From the sequence record SRR22947727_1587: 42,242 nucleotides of DNA; one strand, 5' to 3'. The notes under the pieces are model-generated. The model did not search any database and was not told the DNA's origin. It saw only the letters and a program-made list of their open reading frames with translations. This document shows positions 31,895 through 39,275 of this stretch, one piece after another (position 1 is the stretch's first letter; every line of letters begins with the position of its first letter). The position numbers and the translations under genes are program-made.

Positions 31895-32925
31895 TTGAGC
31901 CATCGTTCCAAATTTTCTGAAACGAAATCGTCGTCGATTAAATCCGGATACGAATTCTGAATTCGATTGAGTTCTTCAAATTGTCCGGGGGAAAGTTTTT
32001 CGTTGGGATTCAAGCACCGGTTTGAGGGAACCACACCCTGGCGGCGAAGAACTTCGAGAATGCCGGGAATACAACCGTGAAAACTATTCACGGCATCGAA
32101 AATCACTCCATTCGCATCGGTCAGCTGCGCGTTTTTCGTGAGCCACGTTTGATCAAATTCGGCTGTTGATTTGATTTCCTCCAGTAACTCGACCGCTCGC
32201 TTCGCCCAGACCCCCCATTGTCCAAGCAGCCCGCCGACGATCCGCTGTTTCTTGCTGTCGAACTCAAATTCGGTGAGCAAATCGGTGATGATCGAATCGT
32301 CGTTCCCCGTGTAAAGCGCGATGTCTTCACGACCGGATTCAATCACTGCCCGAACTACGTCATTGGTGGCGTAGCGATTGAACGGAGCGATTTTTATTGC
32401 GACGACGTTTTCTATTTCCGCGAAACGTTTCCAAAAATCGAAGGGGAGAATGTGACCGCCGACGGACGGTTGGAGATAAAATCCAATGATCGGAATTTTT
32501 TGGGAAATGTCCTCGCAGTGTGCGAGCAACTCATCCTGTGATGAATCGCTCATCGCGGTCATGCTGAGAAGGCCGGCGTGATATCCGTTTTTCAGAGCGA
32601 GTTCACTTTCCTGAAGAGCCTGTTGTGTTTTCCCGCAAATGCCGGCAATTTTCAAAAGGGGACTTGCATTTTCACCGAGCCAAGAATCGATTTCTTCTGA
32701 ACACAATTTTAGAACGGGCCCAAAAAGCGCATGTTCAGGATCACGGATTTCGAACTGAGTTGAATGAACGCCAACCGCAATTCCACCGACTCCGGCATCA
32801 AGGTAATAGCGGACCAAAGCCCGTTGATGTTGCTGCGACCAGGAGGCGTCTTCGTTCAATGCTAAAGGCATCGCCGGAATTGCCTGGCCTGCAAAAAGAT
32901 GAGAGCGAATGGATTCGAGGTTCAT
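31888..32925 (-). CDS. Dihydrodipicolinate synthase / class I aldolase family protein (not DapA)
   Basis: IPAMPLAL, VGVHSTQF, GFYLQPSVGG, Schiff-base Lys in AIKIAPFNRY, and YTGNDD. Confidence 0.85.
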   Translation of the reverse strand: MNLESIRSHLFAGQAIPAMPLALNEDASWSQQHQRALVRYYLDAGVGGIAVGVHSTQFEIRDPEHALFGPVLKLCSEEIDSWLGENASPLLKIAGICGKTQQALQESELALKNGYHAGLLSMTAMSDSSQDELLAHCEDISQKIPIIGFYLQPSVGGHILPFDFWKRFAEIENVVAIKIAPFNRYATNDVVRAVIESGREDIALYTGNDDSIITDLLTEFEFDSKKQRIVGGLLGQWGVWAKRAVELLEEIKSTAEFDQTWLTKNAQLTDANGVIFDAVNSFHGCIPGILEVLRRQGVVPSNRCLNPNEKLSPGQFEELNRIQNSYPDLIDDDFVSENLERWLNE

Positions 32926-32934
32926 GGTTCTGGA

Positions 32935-33966
32935 TCAATACTTTCCATCGCGGACTTCAAAATTGGTGGGTTTTCCGAGAAGTGGTCTTCCTTTTTCGAT
33001 CCACGGAGCCACCCATTCCATCAAGGTTTCTTCAGAGATTTCCGGAGCGCCAAACAGAGAATGCGAAAGCGAAGCATTATTCAACCAAGCCTCAGTTGCT
33101 TCGATCCCGGTGATTTCAGTGGGCTTTGAAAATCGCTCTCCAAACCACGATGCGATCTCACGAACGTGTAGAATTTTCTCCCCTGTAACATTCAAAATAA
33201 AGGCATCAGGCGCCGGAGCTGTTTTTCCCAAAGCACAGATAATATGACGCGTCGCATCGCCCTGCCAGATGCAGTTCAAATGCCCCATCGTGACATCGAC
33301 TGGCTGTTGATGAAAAACCTTGTGAGCGATATCGACGAGAACGCCGTAGCGAAGATCGACCGAATAATTCAGTCGGATCAGGGCGAGGGGAGTGCGATTC
33401 GTTTCGCTGGCTTTCAAGAATGCCTGTTCTCGACCAAGGCAGGAAATGGCATAGTCACCTGCCGGAACGACTGGATCGGATTCCCGAGAGCCGCCTGAAT
33501 CTGCCGAAACAAACGGATACACACAGCCGGTTGAAAGCGCGACAATTTTGGAATCTTTGAATCGATTTGCAAATCGCGCTGGCATCGTTTCGTTAAAAAG
33601 CGTGAGCACTTCGGGCGCGTTGCTGGTTCCAAATTTCTGGCCTGCCAAAAAACACACAGCTTCGGAATCGGGTAACCTTTCTGCCGCCCCTTCAGAGGTC
33701 AAATCGCACGGAATAGTTTCGATTCCCGCTTTTTCAAAAGGCTCCCGTTTTGTCGGATCTCCGAAACGGGAAACCGCGATCAACCGATTTGATTTTCCGC
33801 TGACATCGAGCGCTTTTCGCAACATTTTGCAAAGATGAAATCCCATTTTTCCACCGGCTCCCGCGACTAGAATCGGTCCGTCAATTTGGGAAACGGTGCC
33901 AATCACTTGCTCGTTCGGCTCAGAGGCCAGTTCATCGAGTTCAATCTCGTTTGTAGGAGCAGTCAT
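32935..33966 (-). CDS. NAD-dependent epimerase/dehydratase (extended SDR)
   Basis: GAGGKMG, AVSRF, AGQKFG, STGCVY, YAISCLGRE (YxxxK Lys replaced) and RLNY. Confidence 0.85.
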   Translation of the reverse strand: MTAPTNEIELDELASEPNEQVIGTVSQIDGPILVAGAGGKMGFHLCKMLRKALDVSGKSNRLIAVSRFGDPTKREPFEKAGIETIPCDLTSEGAAERLPDSEAVCFLAGQKFGTSNAPEVLTLFNETMPARFANRFKDSKIVALSTGCVYPFVSADSGGSRESDPVVPAGDYAISCLGREQAFLKASETNRTPLALIRLNYSVDLRYGVLVDIAHKVFHQQPVDVTMGHLNCIWQGDATRHIICALGKTAPAPDAFILNVTGEKILHVREIASWFGERFSKPTEITGIEATEAWLNNASLSHSLFGAPEISEETLMEWVAPWIEKGRPLLGKPTNFEVRDGKY

Positions 33967-33975
33967 TGGATTCTA

Positions 33976-34018
33976 CGAACCAACAGGGTCTGTTCAGAGA
34001 AGCAACCCTGTTCGTTCG
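33976..34018. repeat. 43-bp double-hairpin REP-like element; contains the stop of 33994..34416
   Basis: CGAACCAACAGGGTCTGTTC-AGA-GAAGCAACCCTGTTCGTTCG. Confidence 0.9.
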
Positions 34019-34416
34019 CAAAAACGCGTATTCCAATCACCTCCGCCGGGAATCCAGTAGAAGCGGTGATCGGTGAGGTTGCGGTCGAGACTTCGCATCG
34101 GTTTGTAAATTTTGTTCACGTATTTTAGGAGAACCCCAGATCGCCCGGGTTTTCGAATTTGAAGAGTGCCACCGCCCATCGCAATGGTGATCTCCCCACT
34201 AGGGCTGATGTTCAGACTGGCGGTGTCGTCCAAAACCACACCGGCATCCCCGATTCTTCCGACGACCTAGGCTGCGACATACAAAGCCAAAACGATCGCC
34301 GCAATGGGACCCATTTTTCTATGGCTCTTCATTTGGTGGAATTCGGTCTCTGGGAGTGGCGAAACGGGATCGGGCATCGAAGCTGGATTGAAAATTGATG
34401 ATAGCTGCAATTTCAT
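33994..34416 (-). pseudogene. Small membrane-anchored hypothetical protein interrupted by an in-frame TAG
   Basis: The frame continues upstream of the ORF-track call: ...MGPIAAIVLALYVAA*VVGRIGDAG... with TAG at 34267-69. ATG 34416 overlaps the amidohydrolase stop; ATG 34332 is an alternative start. Confidence 0.55.
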
Positions 34417-35246
34417 TCACGACGAAGCAACCTCCGAAAGTTTCCGCCAAGAATAAGTTTTCGTGCTTCGTCAGGAATATTGGCTCCCACTATTTTTCCC
34501 AGTTCAGTCCCCAATGATCTCGAAGGAAGATGACTCCCAAAAACGATGCGTTCCGGCCCGAGTTCACGCATGGCCATTTCGATAAATCCCGCCGTGGCGT
34601 CAAAGCCCGAAGTCTCGACCAGAATATTTGGTGAATCGCGAACGGCGCAAATTCCCTTTTCCCACTCTCCGCCGGCGTGAGCGCAGATGAACTGCTGCTC
34701 CGGGAAGCGCGCGGCGAGTTCCGCCAGCTCAGAGGGGAGGGAATGCCCGGGGCTCGTTTTTCCACCAGTGACATGCCATGTGTGCTGCATGATCACGGCT
34801 TTCAATTCAGCAATTCGCTCGATCAATGGATTGAAATTCTTGTGGGTGCAGGGGAGGGATCCAGGTCCGCCTCCAGCAAAGTAAACGCCTAGCATTTGAC
34901 CATCGCGAATCCAGTGATTCAAAGCATCAAGCGACGCTGAAACGTCGTTCGCATTCAGATGAATCATTCCGAGGAGTTTCTCCGGCCATCGCTTGAGCGG
35001 CGCGGAAATCAGGTCAGGTGTCTCCCTCCGAGATTTTTCAAATGCGGCATCAGTTGTTGTCCCGATCCCGACATGAGCGAAGTAGCACAGCTTTTCAATG
35101 TTCCCTATTTCGATGGCGCGTTGCGAACGCTTCATGTCGCCTTCGAAATCCCGGTAAGATGGAAGAAAGTAAGAGTCCCAGATCAGATCACTTTTTAACT
35201 GCTCAGCGGAAGGGAGCCCAAAGGATGTGCCGTCGTGATCGCTCAT
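34413..35246 (-). CDS. Amidohydrolase_2 family protein
   Basis: IMQH, RFPEQQFICAHAGGEWE, ETSG, GPERIVFGSH and ILGGNFRRLL; translationally coupled to the upstream amidohydrolase. Confidence 0.85.
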   Translation of the reverse strand: MSDHDGTSFGLPSAEQLKSDLIWDSYFLPSYRDFEGDMKRSQRAIEIGNIEKLCYFAHVGIGTTTDAAFEKSRRETPDLISAPLKRWPEKLLGMIHLNANDVSASLDALNHWIRDGQMLGVYFAGGGPGSLPCTHKNFNPLIERIAELKAVIMQHTWHVTGGKTSPGHSLPSELAELAARFPEQQFICAHAGGEWEKGICAVRDSPNILVETSGFDATAGFIEMAMRELGPERIVFGSHLPSRSLGTELGKIVGANIPDEARKLILGGNFRRLLRRE

Positions 35247-36082
35247 CCTGTTAGAAATGTCTTAGCGTTCTTGTTCATCAACAGCGAGAGGGAGCTATCG
35301 GGTAGATCCGATTCATGAACGCGGATTAGCGATGCTTCGGGAATGAGGAAGGGAGCATGAGTTCCAAACATGACCCGAGACTCGGGAATCGTCTTCAGCA
35401 TTGCCGCAACGCCATTCGTTTGATCCACTCGCGAAACATCAAAATGAATGTTCGGAATGCTTGCGAGCTTTTCGACCAACTCACCGCGAGGTCTCCAATT
35501 AAGAATTTGGATACGACCGACGTGATTCTCGATCAGTGGCGTGAGATCAACATCTGCTACTCGCAATTGGTCTGGTTGGGTTCTTACGTCTTCAAAGACC
35601 GCCGCGATCTGGACGAACAACTTTGCATCAGCCGCCAGATTCAGCAGCTTCAGGAACCGTGGATTATTGAGTTCGTATCCATGATAGTTCGGATGCAGTC
35701 GGATTCCGCGCATGGCGTGATCACCAATGCATTGCTTTAAATCATCTTCCCATCCGTGCAGGTTGGGATTGATCGAACCCACTGGAATCAATTCACTGAA
35801 TCCTGCACACTCAGATACCAGTCGATCGTTCACCGATGAAATATCGCGTTGCAGGATTCCTTCGAAGCTGCCCGCTAAGGCCGTCGTAATCCCCAGCTTC
35901 CGCAGTTTCGCAGCCAACTGCTGGGTGTCATCCAGAGGTAGCCGTCGAAACGGCCAGCGGGACAAACTCACATTTGTATCGATGATGTTGAGTTCAGTTT
36001 CATTGGCCCAAGCCGACGGACTCAATGTTGCGACAGTGCCGGTTGCGATGGCTGATTGAATAAGTGTTCGACGTTTCATCAT
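35243..36082 (-). CDS. Amidohydrolase_2 family protein with a Tat signal
   Basis: MMKRRTLIQ...SAWA signal, IIDTNVSLSRWPFR, GIRLHPNYHGY, FDVS and VMFGTHAP. Start 36082/36079 avoids overlap with the DUF1501 gene. Confidence 0.82.
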   Translation of the reverse strand: MMKRRTLIQSAIATGTVATLSPSAWANETELNIIDTNVSLSRWPFRRLPLDDTQQLAAKLRKLGITTALAGSFEGILQRDISSVNDRLVSECAGFSELIPVGSINPNLHGWEDDLKQCIGDHAMRGIRLHPNYHGYELNNPRFLKLLNLAADAKLFVQIAAVFEDVRTQPDQLRVADVDLTPLIENHVGRIQILNWRPRGELVEKLASIPNIHFDVSRVDQTNGVAAMLKTIPESRVMFGTHAPFLIPEASLIRVHESDLPDSSLSLLMNKNAKTFLTG

Positions 36083-36107
36083 TCCCCTGGTCGCTTGCCC
36101 AATTTCC

Positions 36108-37529
36108 TCATGACAGAATTTCATGCACGACCCGCGGCTCCTCAAAGCCTGTGAGTCGTTCTTCCAATCCACTTCGCTCAAAGAACAATTTTTGATGATG
36201 CAATCCTAACTGATGCAGAATCGTCGCGTGAAAATCGTGAACGCTGACGGGATTTTCGACCACGGCGTGGCCAAATTCATCGGTTTTTCCGTAGGTCATA
36301 CCGCCTTTGATCCCGCCGCCTGCCATCCAGCTGGTGAAGGCTTGCATGTTGTGGTCGCGTCCTGAATAATCGTCGCCAATGATCTGCGACGTCGGGGTGC
36401 GGCCGAATTCGCCCCCGAAAATCACGAGCGTGGAATCGAGAAGACCGCGTTGTTTTAAATCACGCAGCAATCCGGCGATTGGTTTGTCAGTTCGGTGACA
36501 AATCGCGCGATGATTGGCATTCAAATCAGAATGGCTGTCCCACGGTTGTTCTTCCAGAAAGATCTGCACGAACCGGACCCCGCGCTCAACGAGACGTCGG
36601 GCCAGCAGACAACGACGCCCGTAGCAATCGGTCAGCTTTTCGTCGACACCGTAGAGCGCTTTGGTGTGCGGTTGTTCCTGCTCCAAATCAAGCGCTTCGC
36701 CAGCGGAAAGCTGCATCCGGGCGGCGAGCCCATAGCTCTCGATTCGGGCATCGAGCTCTGGGTTATGGGGACGCTCTTTTCGGTGAATTTCATCAAGCTG
36801 TGAAAGCAAGCCACGAGCTGATTCTGTTACCGCAGAGGGTTCGTCATACTGCGGTTTGAGATTTAAAACAGGTGAGCCAGTTGGGCGAAACGGCGTCCCC
36901 TGAAACGTCGGCGAGAGAAATCCCGAGCTCCAATTGCGCGTTCCGTTCTTCGGCATGCCCAGCGGATCGTTTAGCACCACGTAGGCAGGGAGATTCTGAT
37001 TTTCTGATCCAAGCCCATAGGTCGTCCAGGCGCCAAGGGTTGGATAGCCCATGAAAAGCCGGCCGCTATGAATTTTGTAAAGCGCGTTGTCGTGGTTCGG
37101 ATGATCCGTCCACATCGAATTGATCAAGCAAATGTCGTCCGCCATTTTCGCCGTGTGCGGCAGGCAATCTGCCATCCACATTCCCGATTGCCCATGCTGC
37201 GCCATCGGATACTGACCACCCATGACGACGCCGATTTTGCCTGTGCCCGAGTTTCCGAGTTCTTCGTTGTTCAAGGGAAATGGCTGCCCGTCGTAGCGGT
37301 TCAGAACCGGTTTTGGATCGAACAAATCCATCTGGCTCGGACCACCGTTCATAAACAGCTGGATCACCGATTTCGCCTTCGCTGGGTGATGCCCGTGTCT
37401 CGCGTGGAGATTAAAAGGCGCCGCAGGCCCGGTGGCTTCGCCTCCGAAAAGGTCATTTGTAAAAAGGTGCGCCAACGCCGCGCCGAAAATGCCGTCGCTG
37501 GTGCGTTGAAAGAAGTCGCGTCGTTTCAT
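36108..37529 (-). CDS. DUF1501 domain protein with a Tat signal
   Basis: MKRRDFF, AKSVIQLFMNGGPSQMDLFDPKP, LLARRLVERGVRFVQ, WDSH, GEFGRTP, RDHN and HDFHATILH. Confidence 0.93.
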   Translation of the reverse strand: MKRRDFFQRTSDGIFGAALAHLFTNDLFGGEATGPAAPFNLHARHGHHPAKAKSVIQLFMNGGPSQMDLFDPKPVLNRYDGQPFPLNNEELGNSGTGKIGVVMGGQYPMAQHGQSGMWMADCLPHTAKMADDICLINSMWTDHPNHDNALYKIHSGRLFMGYPTLGAWTTYGLGSENQNLPAYVVLNDPLGMPKNGTRNWSSGFLSPTFQGTPFRPTGSPVLNLKPQYDEPSAVTESARGLLSQLDEIHRKERPHNPELDARIESYGLAARMQLSAGEALDLEQEQPHTKALYGVDEKLTDCYGRRCLLARRLVERGVRFVQIFLEEQPWDSHSDLNANHRAICHRTDKPIAGLLRDLKQRGLLDSTLVIFGGEFGRTPTSQIIGDDYSGRDHNMQAFTSWMAGGGIKGGMTYGKTDEFGHAVVENPVSVHDFHATILHQLGLHHQKLFFERSGLEERLTGFEEPRVVHEILS

Positions 37530-37538
37530 GGATACTTC

Positions 37539-37544
37539 ATTGTA
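37539..37544 (-). promoter_or_regulatory. -10 element for the DUF1501 gene
   Basis: Minus strand TACAAT, 9 nt before ATG 37529. Confidence 0.45.
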
Positions 37545-37690
37545 GAGGAATTAAGCGATTCAGAAAGACCCGCGAAAGCGGCAACTGAAACGACGATTCT
37601 TACCGGTTAATATAAATGGTAGCTTCATGCTTCGACGTAGAGCTTTTGGTTTGATATAACCTTTAACACGATCACAACTCTTCACCCTAA

Positions 37691-39200
37691 ATGTTGTCGG
37701 AATCGTCGTTTAACCAATTAGTGGAGCAGGCTCGGGAGATTGAATACTGCCAGGAGGATATTGCAATGCTGGCCGGACTACTTCCATCGGACGATGGCGA
37801 TGTCGCAGCTCTGTTGGAGCGATGCATTTCAGAAAAGTGTGGTCAGCCTTTCTCTCACTTGTGGATGGCGGCGCATTGGGCGGATCGACCGGTGCCGGGG
37901 CGGCTTTTGGAACATAGCGTGGAGCTGATGCCAGATTCGACAATGTGTTTTCGGACGGCTCGCAGATGCACTGAGTCGGAACCAGGGGAAACGGTGCGGG
38001 CGCTGATTGCAGTGGCTGAGATGGGTCACGTGGAAACTTTTACCAGATTGGTCAGCCTTTCGCTGGTGGTTACTGATAGGAGTGCAGCAGAATCTACTCA
38101 CGGTCCATTGACGGAGGAGATCCCATTGTTGGCTAGGAAACTGGCTCGCAGCTACCGAAACGCCCACTTTGAATCAGCTCTGACGGTTAAATCGTTTCTT
38201 TCAGTGCTTGCGGATTTTCTAGATGACGCGGAGCTGAGAAAGATCAATAATGAACGGTTTGATGGATATGAGGAAGGGGGGGCAAGTGTTTCTGGCAAGA
38301 GATTGAAGGAAAAATTAACCGTTTTCGGGATTCGGTTCCTGCGAACCGGCCAGAAATAATTCTCTCCGGGTATCAGGTGCGCCGTGCTGTGGAAAAGGCG
38401 GGACGCAACGCTGCTTGCCCATGTGGCAGCGGCAAAAAACACAAGCGGTGCTGCATGGTGGAGGATCAGAAAAAGTTGGCGCGGTCGTCACATGTGGCCG
38501 GGAAAACGCTGGAAGATTTGGATCAGGAAAGGGAGTTGCATCTCAGTATCGAAACGCTGGGGGCAATGAAGTTGCATCATGTGATGCGGATGGATCCGTC
38601 GAAAATTCCCAAGGAAAAGGCGGAGTTAGTTATCATGCGGCTCTGGCAGAATTGAAAGCGCAATCCCCCGGTGCTGTTGATCGTATCGCCGCGAATGAAG
38701 CGGAAATTGCGGAACTACGTGAAAACATGAACCGTCTGAAGACAGAGGTTAGACGCAAACACCATCAGCGAAATGAACTGCGTCGCGAATTGCGTGAGGT
38801 GCAAAAAGCTGAAAAAGAAGGCGAGCACGAAGAGGTAATGAAACAACGGGATCACGAAGCCGCCGAGAAAGCCCTGTTGGAACCTGAATTCGAGGAAGGA
38901 GAAGCAACTGCGAGAGGGTATCTTGCCCCGAGAATCCCTGTTTTCCCGCTTAATTTTCTGGATAAGGCCGATTCGTTTCCCAATCATGTGATCCCGGCTG
39001 CGCTGAATCTGGTGGGACGGCTTGCTTCAGGAGATGCAGCCGCTTTCTCTGGGGTGCGAATGCTCAAGGCGACAGATGGACTTTTGAGAGTGCGGTTTTC
39101 CGGTTGTTTTCGGCTCATCTTCCGAGTCAATGATCATGAAATCGAAGTAGTCGATGTGATCGATCGAAAAGACCTGAACCGCTGGTTGCTGAGGCGTTGA
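37691..39200 (+). pseudogene. Frameshifted SEC-C (zinc-binding) protein with a coiled coil and a C-terminal RelE/ParE-like domain
   Basis: Three consecutive frames: a helical N-terminal part (37691-~38320); ...RRAVEKAGRNAACPCGSGKKHKRCC (SEC-C, to ~38645); then a coiled coil and ...VRMLKATDGLLRVRFSGCFRLIFRVNDHEIEVVDVIDRKDL. Confidence 0.65.
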
Positions 39201-39223
39201 TTGTTGGTGCCGCTAGCCTCGCA

Positions 39224-39266
39224 CGAAGCAACCCTATCTCTTAACTGAACAAATAGGGTTGGTTTG
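39224..39266. repeat. 43-bp element, mirror isoform (CCCT..AGGG), between convergent genes
   Basis: CGAAGCAACCCTATCTCTTA-ACT-GAACAAATAGGGTTGGTTTG, with the same 20+3+20 geometry. Confidence 0.78.
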
Positions 39267-39275
39267 TGAAACGGA

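Noticed and set aside
31888-32925. Calling this gene dapA, or the SDR/thiolase pair fabG or phaAB
   Set aside because: The DapA GTTGE motif is absent, and there is no fatty-acid synthesis or phaC context. Only family-level calls are supported.
11258-34018. 43-bp elements as LexA/SOS boxes (central TGTTC-N3-GAACA/C)
   Set aside because: The Verrucomicrobia LexA motif as I recall it is TGTTC-N4-GAACA, whereas the spacer here is always 3 nt. Copies also lie between convergent genes and over stop codons, and no neighbour is a DNA-repair gene.
18517-34416. Genome-wide stop-codon reassignment (TAG or TGA read as sense)
   Set aside because: Intact genes here end normally at TAG (MHS transporter, GNAT, 27982..29514) and at TGA (many). 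Long conserved genes have no internal stops, and the esterase-like gene also carries a frameshift.
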